This document shows positions 50,216 to 61,648 of a stretch of DNA of 64,000 bases, piece after piece. The notes below the pieces were generated by a model that ran no database searches, was not told where the DNA came from, and saw nothing but the letters and a program-made list of their open reading frames with translations. Position 1 is the first letter of the stretch. Each line of letters starts with the position of its first letter. Origin of the DNA: an uncultured Acidimicrobiales bacterium (GTDB taxonomy: Bacteria > Actinomycetota > Acidimicrobiia > Acidimicrobiales > JAHEJN01); assembly GCA_963700995.1 (NCBI GenBank), contig CAVOZP010000006.1, forward strand, positions 69,544-133,543, written 5' to 3'. The translations under genes were made by a program, and so were the position numbers.

Positions 50216-51127
50216 ATGATTGCTCGACCGCCGACGGTCACCTGCGTCGGCATCTCCGTTCAGGACACGGTGTTCTCGGTCGACTGCGCCCTGCAGCCGG
50301 GGGCAAAGAACCTGGCTTCGTCGCTCTGCGTCCGCGGCGGGGGTCCCGCCGCCAACGCCGCGGTCGCCGTCGCCGCCCTTGGCGGCAACGCTCGACTGGT
50401 CGCGAACCTCGGCACCGACGCCATCGGCCAGTCGATCGTCGAAGACCTCGTCCGATTCGGCGTCGACGTCGCCGGGGTCCGCCGGATCGATGGCGTGCCG
50501 TCGCCGCAGTCGAGTGTTGCAGTCGATGGCACGGGGGAGCGGACGATTCTCAACCACACCGATGGCCGCCTCATCGACTCGTCCCGGCCGGTGACAAACG
50601 CCGAGATCGACCAGTCCGACGCCATCGTCGTCGATCTCCGGTGGCCAGAAGGCGGGCGGTCAGCCATCGACGCGGCGAACGCGCTCGGCATTCCGTCCAT
50701 CGTCGACTTCGATCTCACGACGACCGAGACGCCCGCCGACATCCTCGGATCCGCGTCGCATGTCATCTTCTCCCGACCGGCGCTGGTGACGCTCACCGGA
50801 ACCGCCAACATCGACCGTGCTCTCCACCAGGTGGCCGCAACGTCCGACGCATTCGTCGCCGTGACGCTCGGCGGACGAGGGGTCAAGTGGGTGGAGCACG
50901 ACAGCATCCGCTTGCTCCCGTCGCTCCCGGTCGCGGTCGTCGACACGCTCGGGGCCGGCGACGTCTTCCACGGCGCGTTCGCCTTCGCCATCGCCATCGG
51001 CCAGTCGCCGGTGGACGCCCTCCGGTTCGGGTCGGCGGCTTCGGCCATGAAGTGCTCACGGCCCGGCGGCCGGGATGGTTTCCCGAGTCGAGCTGAGGTC
51101 GACGCGCTGCTCGGGGTGAACCCGTGA
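50216..51127 (+). CDS. PfkB-family carbohydrate kinase
   Basis: ..CVGISVQDTVF..GGGPAANAAVA.. and anion-hole motif DTLGAGDVFHGAF. Confidence 0.9.
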   Translation: MIARPPTVTCVGISVQDTVFSVDCALQPGAKNLASSLCVRGGGPAANAAVAVAALGGNARLVANLGTDAIGQSIVEDLVRFGVDVAGVRRIDGVPSPQSSVAVDGTGERTILNHTDGRLIDSSRPVTNAEIDQSDAIVVDLRWPEGGRSAIDAANALGIPSIVDFDLTTTETPADILGSASHVIFSRPALVTLTGTANIDRALHQVAATSDAFVAVTLGGRGVKWVEHDSIRLLPSLPVAVVDTLGAGDVFHGAFAFAIAIGQSPVDALRFGSAASAMKCSRPGGRDGFPSRAEVDALLGVNP

Positions 51128-51158
51128 CGCTCACGCCAGGCCAGCTCTGGGGCATCCG

Positions 51159-52559
51159 GTGATGAAGCTCGGCATCGTCGCCATTGCCCGACCGACCTTC
51201 GACGTCGACTTTGCCAGGGCGAACGCCGAGGGCGCCGTCGCTGGGCTGGCGCGCGCCGGCCATGACGTCGTCGGCACGTCGGAGCCCGTCATGGACGCAG
51301 ATGCGATGGCCCGAGCGCTCGACGGGTTGAGCGACTCGCCGATCGATGGACTGATCATCCTTCAGGCCACGTTCTCCAGCACGTCCCTCGCGGTTCAGGC
51401 CACTCAGGTCGACGTTCCGGTCGTGCTGTGGGCCTTCCCGGAGGAGCGAACGGGCCGGAGGCTGCGCCTGAACTCGTTCTGCGGCATCAACCTCGCCGGC
51501 TTCGCCCTGACCAACCTCGAGCGGCCCTATCGGTGGATCTACCGGTCACCCGATGATCCAAGGGCTGCGACGGACATCGCGTCGTTGATCACTGCTCCGT
51601 CGGCTCGTCCCACGATCGCGCCGGTTGTGGACTTCGACGCGTTCTCACCTGCGGCCCGACAAGCCGCTCTCGCCGTGCGAGACCGGCTGCAGGCGACGAC
51701 CGTGGGAAGGGTGGGCGAGCACCCCGTCGGCTTCCAGCCGTGCAGCTACGACGCCATGGTGCTGCGCGACGAGCTGGGTGTTCGTGTCGACGACCGGCCA
51801 CTGCCCGAGCTGTTCGCTCGGGCCGAGAGCGCAACCGCATCGGAGGTGTCGTCGATTCGCGAGGAGGCAGCCGCGTCCCTGGTGGGGATCGACGACGTCG
51901 ACCAGCTCGCGCTCGATCGGAGCCTGCGGCTGAAGGCCGGCCTCGAATCGCTGGTCGACGAGGGGCACTGGGCCGGCGTGGCAACCCGCTGTTGGCCCGA
52001 GACGTTCACCGAGTTCGGTGGCGCGGTCTGCACCCCCATGGCGATGCTGACCGAGGCGCACACGCCGGGATCGTGCGAGGCCGACGTGTACGGCAACATC
52101 ACCAGCCTCATCCTCCAGTGGCTCGGCGATCAGCCCTCGTTCGTGGCTGATCTCGTTCATCTCGACGCGACCGACGACACCGGCGTGTTCTGGCACTGCG
52201 GGCTGGCTCCGGTTTCGATGGCCGATCCCGATGCGACCGCGCGGGCGACCATCCACTCGAACCGCCGCAAGCCGCTGCTGAACGAGTTCCCGCTCAAGCC
52301 CGGCCGGGTCACGCTGGCGAGGGTGAGTCGGTCGCGGCACCGGCATCGACTGGTGATCGGGGGCGCCGACATGCTGGCCGAGCCGTTGGCTTTCAGTGGC
52401 ACCGCCGGGGTCGCACGGTTCGACCGTCCCGTGGATGACGTCATGGCGACCGTGCTCGATGAAGGTCTCGAGCATCACTACGGCATCGTCTACGCCGACG
52501 TCGGAGACGAACTGCGGGCCCTGGCGAGCCTCCTCGACTGGCCGGTTGTCGAGCTGTAG
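51159..52559 (+). CDS. L-fucose/L-arabinose isomerase-family protein
   Basis: The size and ..GSCEADVYGNITSLILQWL..FVADLVHLD..GVFWHCG.. recall the FucI/AraA C-terminal domain. Assignment is from memory only. Confidence 0.55.
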   Translation: MMKLGIVAIARPTFDVDFARANAEGAVAGLARAGHDVVGTSEPVMDADAMARALDGLSDSPIDGLIILQATFSSTSLAVQATQVDVPVVLWAFPEERTGRRLRLNSFCGINLAGFALTNLERPYRWIYRSPDDPRAATDIASLITAPSARPTIAPVVDFDAFSPAARQAALAVRDRLQATTVGRVGEHPVGFQPCSYDAMVLRDELGVRVDDRPLPELFARAESATASEVSSIREEAAASLVGIDDVDQLALDRSLRLKAGLESLVDEGHWAGVATRCWPETFTEFGGAVCTPMAMLTEAHTPGSCEADVYGNITSLILQWLGDQPSFVADLVHLDATDDTGVFWHCGLAPVSMADPDATARATIHSNRRKPLLNEFPLKPGRVTLARVSRSRHRHRLVIGGADMLAEPLAFSGTAGVARFDRPVDDVMATVLDEGLEHHYGIVYADVGDELRALASLLDWPVVEL

Positions 52560-52585
52560 CCGCGAGATGGGCGACACTTGAATTC

Positions 52586-52990
52586 ATGACCCCGTTCCGC
52601 CGTCGTCGACATCGCCCCTGGATGCGCTCGATGCTGGTCGCCCTCGTGTTCGTCGCGGCCTGCGGCAGCGACACGTCGCGTCCGAGCGACGAATCGTGGC
52701 GGGTCGGGTGGGAGAGCCAGCAGGCGCTGGTGCCCACCGCCGACGACGTTCTGGCTGGAGGGTCCGACCTGTGCGGCGAACTGGTGGGGAAGTTCCGATC
52801 GAGCCGCGACGAGCTGCTCCCGACCCCGAACGAGGCGCTCGACGCCGCAGTGGAGACCTGGATCGCCGACGCCGAGGGCATGGTCTTCGATTGTTCGAGC
52901 GATCGGGCAATCCTGGAGGATCAGCTGGCCGCGCTCGACGTACTGGTCGCCGAGATCGACGCAGGACTGATCGCCGACGAGGGCAGCTGA
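52586..52990 (+). CDS. small lipoprotein
   Basis: MTPFRRRRHRPWMRSMLVALVFVAACGSD (lipobox VAAC). Confidence 0.6.
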   Translation: MTPFRRRRHRPWMRSMLVALVFVAACGSDTSRPSDESWRVGWESQQALVPTADDVLAGGSDLCGELVGKFRSSRDELLPTPNEALDAAVETWIADAEGMVFDCSSDRAILEDQLAALDVLVAEIDAGLIADEGS

Positions 52991-53007
52991 GACCGCTTCG
53001 AAGGAGG

Positions 53008-53634
53008 TCAGCGAGCGGGTGTGGCGATCACCTGGACGACTGCGCCGTCGCCGGTGTGGCCCGGACCCTCGATGACGGGCCGGGTCTTCTCGACGCCATG
53101 CTCGATGGTCATGCCCGTGAGCTCGCGACGCAGTCCGGCGAGGGTCATGGTGAGCTCGGGTATCGGTGGCCCGCCCGTGCCGCGACCGATCTGGTCGGGT
53201 GTGTAGGCCTCGAGGATGAAGCGCCCGCCGGGTCGAAGCGCAGTGGCGACGGCGGCGTGCAGGCGGGCCCGAACCGGCGGCGGCGTGTGCGCGAACACCG
53301 AGACGATGAGGTCCCACCGGTTCTCGCCCAGGTCGAAGTCGGCCAGGTCGGCGAGGATCGTGATGAGCTCGACGCCTCGGACCTCGGCCAGGCGGGCGGC
53401 CTTCGCCAAACCCGTCGCGGCGACATCGACCGACGTGACGTGGTGGCCGAGCTCGGCCAGGTACACGCCGTTGCGGCCTTCTCCGTCGGCGAGACACAAC
53501 GCGTCGCCGATCGGGAGACCGACCACCGATTCCGCGACGAAGTCGTTGGGCTCGGTGCCGTAGAGGTAGCCGTCGGCGGCGCGATAGCGCGCTTCCCACA
53601 TCTGGTCCGGCGTGAGCGGGACGGATTCGGTCAT
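53008..53634 (-). CDS. class I SAM-dependent methyltransferase
   Basis: From ATG 53634: ..DALCLADGEGRNGVYLAELGHHVTSVD..DLIVSVF..LRPGGRFILE. Confidence 0.8.
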   Translation of the reverse strand: MTESVPLTPDQMWEARYRAADGYLYGTEPNDFVAESVVGLPIGDALCLADGEGRNGVYLAELGHHVTSVDVAATGLAKAARLAEVRGVELITILADLADFDLGENRWDLIVSVFAHTPPPVRARLHAAVATALRPGGRFILEAYTPDQIGRGTGGPPIPELTMTLAGLRRELTGMTIEHGVEKTRPVIEGPGHTGDGAVVQVIATPAR

Positions 53635-53716
53635 GGCGCCAACCGTACTCAGCGGCGAATTGGATGTATTGTCCGAATGTGAGGGCAAACCTCGTAGTGA
53701 GGTCAAAGGAGTCGTG

Positions 53717-54478
53717 ATGACGCTCACGCCGCTCGATCGCAACAGTCCCATGCCGCTCTGGGCCCAGCTCGAGATCGACCTGCGGCGCCGACTCGAAGCC
53801 GACGAGTTCGCCGAGTCGTTCCCCACCGACCTCGAGCTCACCGAGGCCTACGAGGTGAGCCGCCACACGGTGCGGGAGGCGGTACGGCATCTCAACAAGG
53901 CCGGGGTGCTCAAGCGAGAGCGGGGGAGAGGCACGATCGTCAATCGCTCGGAGTTCGAGCAGTCCCTCGGCACCCTCTACAGCCTCTTCCAGTCGGTCGA
54001 GTCGGCTGGCGTCGAGCAGACCAGCGAGGTTCTCGACCTCGGTGTCGTGACCGACTCGGTTGCGGCCTCGAATCTCGAAGTCGACGACGACGCCGAGCTC
54101 GTCCTGATCGCACGACTCCGGCTCGCGGGCGGCGCTCCCCTGGCCATCGATCGGGCATGGATGGCGCACGACATCGCCGCGCCGTTGCTCGAGGTCGACT
54201 GGACCCACACCGCGCTGTACGCCGAGCTGGCCAAGGCCGGTGCGCCGGTGCCCAACCAGGGATGGGAACGACTCACACCCATCGTCCCCACGCCGGCGGA
54301 TCGATCGCGCCTCGGCCTGGGAAAGACCGACGCGGCGTTCTTCCTCGAACGTCTCGGGTGCCGGGACGGCCGACCGATCGAATGGCGCACCAGCATCATC
54401 CGCGGCGACCGGTACCGGTTCGTCACCGACTGGTCCGCCGGCAGCAGCCACAGTGGGCTCCGCCCGGCGGCGTCCTGA
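53717..54478 (+). CDS. GntR/HutC-family regulator with UTRA domain
   Basis: ..PLWAQLEIDLRRRLE..FPTDLELTEAYEVSRHTVREAVRHLNKAGVLKRERGRGTIV... Confidence 0.9.
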   Translation: MTLTPLDRNSPMPLWAQLEIDLRRRLEADEFAESFPTDLELTEAYEVSRHTVREAVRHLNKAGVLKRERGRGTIVNRSEFEQSLGTLYSLFQSVESAGVEQTSEVLDLGVVTDSVAASNLEVDDDAELVLIARLRLAGGAPLAIDRAWMAHDIAAPLLEVDWTHTALYAELAKAGAPVPNQGWERLTPIVPTPADRSRLGLGKTDAAFFLERLGCRDGRPIEWRTSIIRGDRYRFVTDWSAGSSHSGLRPAAS

Positions 54479-54577
54479 CCGGCCCATGGGCTCCTTTCGC
54501 CTGTTGACCGGCACTCCGAAAGGACGTACATTTCGGAAGCGGCGCCCGAACGACAACCGAGGACCCTGGAGAAGCAC

Positions 54578-56131
54578 GTGACCCGTCTCGGATTCCTGCT
54601 CGACAGCGACAGCTGCATCGGCTGTCACGCGTGCACGGTGGCGTGCAAGAGCGAACACGACGTGCCCCTCGGCGTGAACCGCACCTGGGTGAAGTACATC
54701 GAGACGGGCACCTTCCCCGATGTGGCCCGCAAGTTCAACGTCATGCGCTGCAACCAATGCGACGACGCACCCTGTATGACGATCTGCCCCACGTCGGCGC
54801 TGTTTCGCGCCGACAACGGTGTCGTCGACTTCCAGGACGACAACTGCATCGGCTGCAAGTCGTGCATGAATGCCTGTCCGTACGACGCGCTCTACATCAA
54901 CCCCGAGACCAACACCGCCCACAAGTGCAACATGTGCAATCACCGGCTCGAGGTCGGGCTCGAGCCGTCGTGCCAGATCGTGTGCCCCACCGAGGCCATC
55001 AAGATCGGTGATCTCGACGACCCCACCTCCGAGATCAGCCGCATCATCGCCCGCGACGACGTTGCGGTCCGTTCGCCCGAACAGAACACCAAGCCGAAGG
55101 TGTACTACCGGGGCGCCGATCAGGCCTCGCTCGATCCGACCCGCACCGCCATCGCCAACGACGGCATGATCTGGGCCGACACCCTGCGCAACGCGTCCGG
55201 AACCCGCCATCCCACGGTTCCCGTTCATCTCGGCAACAAGCCCTCCGACGAAGTCGGCGTCGTTGCCCGTACCGCCTACACCACCGCCCACCAGATGACC
55301 TGGAAGGAGAAGGTGTCGGCCTACCTCGTCACCAAGGCCGTTGCGGCCGGGGTCATGGCCGTGGCCGCCCTCTTGGTCCTGCTGGGCAACAGCGACAGCC
55401 AGGCCGCTGTCGGTGTGGTCCCGCCCGTCGTCGCCGGCGTCTTCCTCGGTCTCACCGGCGTGTTGTTGGTCGCCGATCTCAAGCAGCCGACCCGATTCCA
55501 CTACCTCATCACCCGGGGAAACTGGTCGTCGTGGCTGGTCAAGGGCGCCTACGTGCTCATGGCCTTCTCCGCGGTCTGTGGGCTGTGGTTCCTCGGCGGC
55601 ATCGCCGATTCGCCCGGACTCCTCGAGATCCTCGCCGTCCCGGCCGCGCTCGGCGCCGCGGGCACGGCCGGATACACGGCCTACCTGTTCGGGCAATGCG
55701 AAGGTCGAGACCTCTGGCAGACGCCCCTGCTGTTGCCGGTCCTGCTCGCCCAGGCCGTGACCGCGGGTGGCGCTGCCTACGCCGTCCTCGACGTGTTCAT
55801 GGCCGTTCCCGATGTCACCGCAATCCGCTGGGTCCTGCTCGGTGGTGTCGCGGCCACCGGGGCGCTGATCGCCATCGAGCTCTCGGCCCACGGCAGTCGG
55901 CATGTCGAGCTCGCCGTCGAGGCCATGACCAGGGGCCGCTACGCCCGCCAGTTCTGGTGGGGCGGTGTCGGTCTCGGTCTCGTCGTCCCGGCCGCCGCCG
56001 TCGTGGTCGCACTGGCCGCCGACATCGACAATCCCGCCCTCGCCGCCTTCGCCGGGGTGTCGGCGCTCGTCGGCATGTTCGCCTACGAAGACTCCTTCAT
56101 CCGGGCCGGCCAGTCCGTCCCGCTCTCCTGA
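54578..56131 (+). CDS. 4Fe-4S ferredoxin (PsrB/DmsB-like) fused to NrfD/PsrC-like membrane anchor
   Basis: Cys clusters CIGCHACTVAC, CNQCDDAPC..CP, CIGCKSCMNACP, CNMCNHR..C..CP, then about 8 hydrophobic helices. GTG start. Confidence 0.8.
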   Translation: MTRLGFLLDSDSCIGCHACTVACKSEHDVPLGVNRTWVKYIETGTFPDVARKFNVMRCNQCDDAPCMTICPTSALFRADNGVVDFQDDNCIGCKSCMNACPYDALYINPETNTAHKCNMCNHRLEVGLEPSCQIVCPTEAIKIGDLDDPTSEISRIIARDDVAVRSPEQNTKPKVYYRGADQASLDPTRTAIANDGMIWADTLRNASGTRHPTVPVHLGNKPSDEVGVVARTAYTTAHQMTWKEKVSAYLVTKAVAAGVMAVAALLVLLGNSDSQAAVGVVPPVVAGVFLGLTGVLLVADLKQPTRFHYLITRGNWSSWLVKGAYVLMAFSAVCGLWFLGGIADSPGLLEILAVPAALGAAGTAGYTAYLFGQCEGRDLWQTPLLLPVLLAQAVTAGGAAYAVLDVFMAVPDVTAIRWVLLGGVAATGALIAIELSAHGSRHVELAVEAMTRGRYARQFWWGGVGLGLVVPAAAVVVALAADIDNPALAAFAGVSALVGMFAYEDSFIRAGQSVPLS

Positions 56132-56153
56132 CCTCCTCGAGAAACGATCTGCC

Positions 56154-59014
56154 GTGACCGATCTCAACAAGTACCCTCCGCATGACCAGTGGCACGACTG
56201 GCACGAGCTCGATGCCAAGGCGTGGCCCGACAAGGTCGAGCGCAAGTACACCATGGTGCCCACCACCTGCTTCAACTGCGAGGCGGGTTGTGGTCTGGTC
56301 GCCTACTTCGACCAGGACACCGACCAGATCACCAAGATCGAGGGCAATCCCGAACACCCGGCCAGCCGCGGCCGCAACTGCGCCAAGGGTCCGGCCACGC
56401 TGAACCAGGTCTATGACACCGAACGCATCCTGTACCCGATGAAGCGCGTCGGTGAACGCGGGTCGGGCCGTTGGGAGCGGGTGAGCTGGGACGATGCGCT
56501 CACCGACATCGGTGCCCGTATCCGAACCGCCATCGAGGAAGACCGCCACAACGAGGTGATGTGGCACGTCGGGCGACCGGGGGAGGAGGGCTACACCGAG
56601 CGGGTCCTCAAGGCCTGGGGGGTCGACGGCCACAACAGCCACACCAACATCTGTTCGTCGAACGCCCGCATCGGCTACCAGTCGTGGATGGGGCACGACC
56701 GGCCGTCGTCGGACTTCGCCAACGCCGAGGTCATCTTCTTGATCTCGGCCCACCTCGAGGCGGGCCACTACTTCAACCCGCACGCTCAGCGCATCATGGA
56801 GGCCCAGAAGAAGGGGGCCAAGATCATCTGCGTCGACCCCCGGCTCTCGAACACGGGCGCCAAGGCCGACTACTGGCTCCCCACCTGGCCCGGAACCGAG
56901 CCCTTCCTCTTGCTTGCCATTGCTCGCCTCCTGGTCGCCGACGAGACATGGAACGCCGAGTTCTTCCGGCGGTGGACCAACTGGGAGACCTACCTGAGCG
57001 AGACCCGGCCCGATCTGCCCGTCGAGTGGGAGGCGGTGCGCCCGGCCATCCTCGACGAGTACGCCGAGTACACCCCCGAGGCCGCCGAGCAGAAGACCGG
57101 GATCTCCGCCGACACGATTCGCGAGATCGCCGTTCTCATCGGCAACCATCCGACGAAGTTCGCCAGCCACAACTGGCGTGCGGCCGGAGCCGGCAATCTC
57201 GGCGGCTGGCAGGTGGCCCGCTGCCTGTTCTTCCTCAACGTGCTCACCGGTTCGGTGGCCACCAAGGGAGGCACCGCCGGCAACGGCATGAACAAGTTCA
57301 AGCCGGGCGACCCCATCGGGGCGCCGGGCCTCGACACGTGGAACGAGCTCGAATGGCCCAAGGAGTACCCGCTCGCGTACCACGAGATGTCGATACTGCT
57401 GCCGCACTTCCTCAAGGAAGGAAGGGGCAAGCTCGAGGTCTACTTCAGCCGGGTCTACAACCCCATCTGGACCAACCCCGACGGCTTCACCTGGATGGAG
57501 GCGCTCAAGGACGAGTCCAAGGTGGCCTGCCACGTGGCGCTGACGCCCACGTGGAGTGAGACAGCGTGGTTCGCCGACTACGTGTTGCCCATGGGCGTGT
57601 CCGCCGAACGCCATGACATCACCAGCTACGAGACCCACGCCGGCCGTTGGATCTCGTTTCGCCAGTCGGTGTTCCGGCGCTACGCCGAGATCAAGGACCG
57701 CCAGAACGGCGGAACCGGCGACCTCGGCCCCGATGCCCGCAGCTACGACTACAACCAGGGCGAGGTGTGGGAGGAGAACGAGTTCTGGATCGATCTGTCG
57801 TGGAAGATCGACCCCGACGGTTCGATGGGCATCCGGAAGTGGTTCGAGAGCGAGCTGTACCCGGGCAAGCCGCTGACCATCGACGAGTACTACGGCAAGA
57901 TGTTCGCCGAGAAGGTTCCCGGCCTGGCCGAGGCGGCAGCGGAAGCCGACCAGACCCCCCTCGAGTACATGCGCGATCGCTCGGCCTTCGCCGTTCCCGG
58001 TGACCCCTACGAGCCCTACGAGCATGTGGTCGACGAGGCCGCACTCGCCGGGACGATCAAGGACGAGAGCGGCGTCTACCGAAAGCCGGGCACGGCAGGT
58101 ACGTGGTCGGGTGATCTCGATGAGCTCGACGACATCACCCTCGCCCCCCTCGGCGACGGGTCACCGGCCGTCGACGTCGAAGGCGTCGCCCGGGAAGGGT
58201 TTCCCACGCCATCGAAGAAGCTCGAGTTCTACTCGTCGACTCTGGCCGACTGGGGTTGGAAGGATGTCGCCACTCCCAAGTGGATTCCGTCGCATGTGCA
58301 CTGGGAAGACCTCGACCTGGCCGGGACCGAGCGGATCCTCCTCCCGACGTTTCGCATCCCGACGCTCATCCACACCCGCTCGGCGAACTCGAAGTGGCTC
58401 AACGAGATCAGCCACCGGCATCCGCATGTGGATCCACCCCGAAGATGCCGAGAAGCTCGGCATCGAGGAGAACGGCCTGGTCCGGATCTCGACCCGGATC
58501 GGCCACTTCGTCATCAGTGCCTGGCGCACGCGAGGGCATTCGCCCCGGCATCGTGGCCGTCTCCCATCACATGGGCCGCTGGCGGTTGGAGGAGGGTGAG
58601 GCTCGCTCGTGGGCGGCGGGGAAGGCCAAGATCACCAACGACGGCACGACGTGGAAGCTCGAGCGTGAGCACGGCATGGAGCCGTATGCCTCGGATGATC
58701 CCGACACTGGTCGCATCTGGTGGACCGACACCGGTGTGCACCAGAACGCCACCTTCGCCGTCCAGCCCGACCCCGTCTCGGGGATGCAGTGCTGGCACCA
58801 GCGGGTCCACGTCACGCCCGCCGCAGTCGGGGACGCGTACGGCGATGTCGTGGTCGACACCGACAAGTCACGCGAGGCCTATCTCGACTGGCTCACCAAG
58901 ACTCGTCCCGCCGGCTCCGGTGACCCCGCAGCACGGGAGCACGGTCTGCGCCGGCCGCTCTGGTACGCCCGGCCGATGAAGCCGGCCGCAACGGCGTACC
59001 GACTCCCGGATTGA
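56154..59014 (+). CDS. molybdopterin oxidoreductase catalytic subunit (DMSO-reductase family), no Tat signal, frame breaks near 58425 and 58530
   Basis: FS0 motif CFNCEAGCG, ..NPEHPASRGRNCAKG.., ..HNSHTNICS.., ..IICVDPRLSNT... The N-terminus VTDLNKYPPHDQWHDW lacks twin arginines. The C-terminus continues through track ORFs 58000..58599 and 58256..59014. Confidence 0.8.
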
Positions 59015-59030
59015 AGGCGATGGGCCGTCG

Positions 59031-59276
59031 TCAGCTCAGCTTGAGGAACAGTTTCTCGAGCTGGTCGAGGTCGGTGTCGGAATCGGCCTCGCCGATGGCC
59101 GCGATCATGAGTCGGAATCCGACACGGTCGAGCGCGCCCTTGGCGGCGGCGAGCTGGGTGACGATGTCGCGGCACTCCGACTGCTCTTCGACCATGCGCT
59201 GGAGGCCGCGGATCTGGCCCTCGAGTCGTCGGAGGGCCACGATCGCCTCGGTCGAGGTCTCCGTCGGGAACTGCAT
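59031..59276 (-). CDS. CsoR/RcnR-family (DUF156) repressor, single-Cys variant
   Basis: ..IVALRRLEGQIRGLQRMVEEQSECRDIVTQLAAAKGALDRVGFRLMIAAI... Only one Cys, and no H-x3-C. Confidence 0.8.
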   Translation of the reverse strand: MQFPTETSTEAIVALRRLEGQIRGLQRMVEEQSECRDIVTQLAAAKGALDRVGFRLMIAAIGEADSDTDLDQLEKLFLKLS

Positions 59277-59285
59277 GGCTCGAGC

Positions 59286-59333
59286 ATACCCGTAGGGGTA
59301 TGGGTTGACGATTCGACCAAATGTACGTATATT
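59286..59333 (+). promoter_or_regulatory. CsoR-type operator plus promoter of sulP (possibly leaderless)
   Basis: Inverted repeat ATACCCGTAGGGGTAT (59286-59301) abuts TTGACG (59305-59310), a 17-nt spacer and TATATT (59328-59333). The ATG at 59341 lies 7 nt after the -10. Confidence 0.5.
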
Positions 59334-59340
59334 CGGTCAT

Positions 59341-61089
59341 ATGGCCAAACTCGCACAGTTGCTCCCCATCCTCGACTGGGCCCCTCGATACGAGCGCACC
59401 GACCTCCGCAGTGACCTGGCGGCGGGCCTCACGGTCGGCGCGATGCTCGTCCCCCAGGCCATGGCCTATGCCCTCCTCGCGGGACTGCCACCCGAGGTCG
59501 GCCTGTACGCCGCCACCATTCCGGTGGTGGTCTATGCCCTGTTCGGCACGTCACGCCAGCTCGCCGTCGGTCCGGTGGCCATCGTCTCGCTGCTCACCGC
59601 GTCGGCCCTCGCTCCGTTGGTGGAGGAGGGCACGTCGGGCTATCTGGCCGCGGCGGCGCTCCTCGCGCTCATGGTCGGTGTCGTCCACATTGCGCTCGGC
59701 GTCGGCCGACTCGGGTTCCTCGTGAACTTCCTCTCGCACTCCGTGCTCGTCGGCTTCACCGCGGCTGCCGCCATCATCATCGGGTTCTCACAGGCCAAGC
59801 ACCTCTTCGGGATCTCGACCGAGCGCAAGGATCACTTCTACGAGACGGTGGTCGAATTCTTCGACAATGTCTCGGACACGAACACCACCACGTTGCTCCT
59901 CGGCGTGCTGGCCCTGACCGCACTCTTCACCATGAAGCGCTTCGCACCGAGAGTGCCGGCCGCGCTGGTGGTCGTGGTCGGATCGATCATGGCCGTCCAG
60001 CTCTTCGGCCTCGAGGATCGCGGCGTGAGGGTCGTCGGTGACATCCCCGACTCGCTGCCTGCCTTCGGTCTTCCTGAATTCGGTGGGTCCCTCGTCGGCG
60101 ACCTTGCCGCCACCGCGTTGGTCATCACCATCGTGGGATTCATGGAGTCGATTGCCGTCGCCAAGGTCTATGCCCGTCGCCATCGCTACGAGGTGGTCGC
60201 CAACCGCGAGCTGATCGGCTTGGGTGCCGCCAACGTCGCGGCGGGTCTCTTCGGCGGCTATCCGGTCACCGGCGGGTTCTCCCGCACCGCCGTCAACGAC
60301 ACGGCGGGTGCCCGGACGCCGTTCGCCTCGCTGGTCACCGCTGGCGTCGTCCTGGCCACCATTGCGTTCTTGACGCCCTTGTTCGCGTCACTGCCCAACG
60401 CAGCCCTCGGTGCCATCATCATCATGGCCGTCGTCGGCCTGGTCGACGTCGCCGAGATGCGCCACATCGCCCAGGTGAAGAGGAGCGATCTCATCGGGCT
60501 GTCGGTCGCCTTCTTCGCCACGCTCATCCTCGGAATCGAGCTGGGAATCCTCGTCGCGGTCGTGGCCTCGATGCTGGTGGTCTTCGCCCGCATCTCGAAA
60601 CCCCACAGCGCAGTTCTCGGTCACGTCGAGGGCACAACCAGCTACCGCAACATCACTCGCTTCCCCGAGGCCCACGTCATCGACGGCGTGCGGATCTTGC
60701 GCATCGACGCGGCGCTGTCGTTCGTGAATGCCTCGAACGTGAAGAAGCTGATCCTGTCGCACGTGGCGGCGATCGACGCCGAGCCGCGCGCGCTCGTGCT
60801 CGATGCATCGGGCATCAACGACCTGGACGTCACGGGCGCCGAGATGCTCCAGGAGCTGCTGGCCGAGATCGACGAGCGCGGCGTCACGGTGCACTTGACC
60901 GACGTGAAGGGCCCGGTGCGCGACGTCCTCCGCCGCTCGGGCCTGTGGGACCGACTCGGCGACCGGGTCCACACATCGACCAACGACGCCCTCGACGCCA
61001 TCGCCACCCGCCGGCCGGCTCCGTGCGACCAACGCCGATACGGCATCGACGAGCGGTTTGGCGCATCGACGATCGACAGTCATGTCTGA
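59341..61089 (+). CDS. SulP-family anion transporter with STAS domain
   Basis: ..[44 protein letters not shown]... C-terminal STAS region ..[19 protein letters not shown]... Confidence 0.9.
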   Translation: MAKLAQLLPILDWAPRYERTDLRSDLAAGLTVGAMLVPQAMAYALLAGLPPEVGLYAATIPVVVYALFGTSRQLAVGPVAIVSLLTASALAPLVEEGTSGYLAAAALLALMVGVVHIALGVGRLGFLVNFLSHSVLVGFTAAAAIIIGFSQAKHLFGISTERKDHFYETVVEFFDNVSDTNTTTLLLGVLALTALFTMKRFAPRVPAALVVVVGSIMAVQLFGLEDRGVRVVGDIPDSLPAFGLPEFGGSLVGDLAATALVITIVGFMESIAVAKVYARRHRYEVVANRELIGLGAANVAAGLFGGYPVTGGFSRTAVNDTAGARTPFASLVTAGVVLATIAFLTPLFASLPNAALGAIIIMAVVGLVDVAEMRHIAQVKRSDLIGLSVAFFATLILGIELGILVAVVASMLVVFARISKPHSAVLGHVEGTTSYRNITRFPEAHVIDGVRILRIDAALSFVNASNVKKLILSHVAAIDAEPRALVLDASGINDLDVTGAEMLQELLAEIDERGVTVHLTDVKGPVRDVLRRSGLWDRLGDRVHTSTNDALDAIATRRPAPCDQRRYGIDERFGASTIDSHV

Positions 61090-61648
61090 TCGCGCCTGGC
61101 ACCGACTGGTCGAGGCCCACGCCCGGGCCGAGGTCCCCGCGACCGCAGCCGTTCCGGCCCACCGACCGATGGCGGCCATCCTGGCCTGCTCCGACGCTCG
61201 CGTACCGCCGTCAGTGGTCTTCGACCAGCCGGCCGGATCCCTCTTCGTCGTGCGCATCGCCGGCAACACCGCCGGCGATGCCGCGCTGGCCAGTCTCGAC
61301 TATGCGGTCGACCAGCTCGGCGTGGACCTCGTCGTCGTTCTCGGCCACACGGGGTGTGGCGCGGTCCGCGCGGCAGCTTCGGGAGCATGTTCGGGCGACC
61401 TCGCGCCGATCGTCGAGCCGATCTGCCGGATCGCCCGCACCCGACCGGGCGCCGATGTCGACGAGATCGTGCGTCTCAACGTGGTCGGCACCATCCGTGC
61501 CCTCGAACAACATGTCGGGCCGGCGGGCACGGCGGCGCGTTCCGGACGGCTCGACCTACGTGGCGCCGTGCACGACCTGCGGTCGGGCCGCCTCGAGACC
61601 ATCACCTTCGATCCCATTCACCTACCATCCTCCGTGGAGGCACCATGA
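61082..61648 (+). CDS. beta-class carbonic anhydrase
   Basis: Zn ligand motifs CSDARVPP and GHTGCGAV. Overlaps the sulP stop. Confidence 0.85.
   Translation: MSDRAWHRLVEAHARAEVPATAAVPAHRPMAAILACSDARVPPSVVFDQPAGSLFVVRIAGNTAGDAALASLDYAVDQLGVDLVVVLGHTGCGAVRAAASGACSGDLAPIVEPICRIARTRPGADVDEIVRLNVVGTIRALEQHVGPAGTAARSGRLDLRGAVHDLRSGRLETITFDPIHLPSSVEAP

Noticed and set aside
52490-56275. 1261-aa minus-strand ORF, the longest in the track
   Set aside because: It is low-complexity Arg/Gly/Pro/Asp-rich sequence. It overlaps four well-supported genes on the plus strand (lipoprotein, GntR, FeS-NrfD, start of the Mo subunit) and a minus-strand methyltransferase in another frame.
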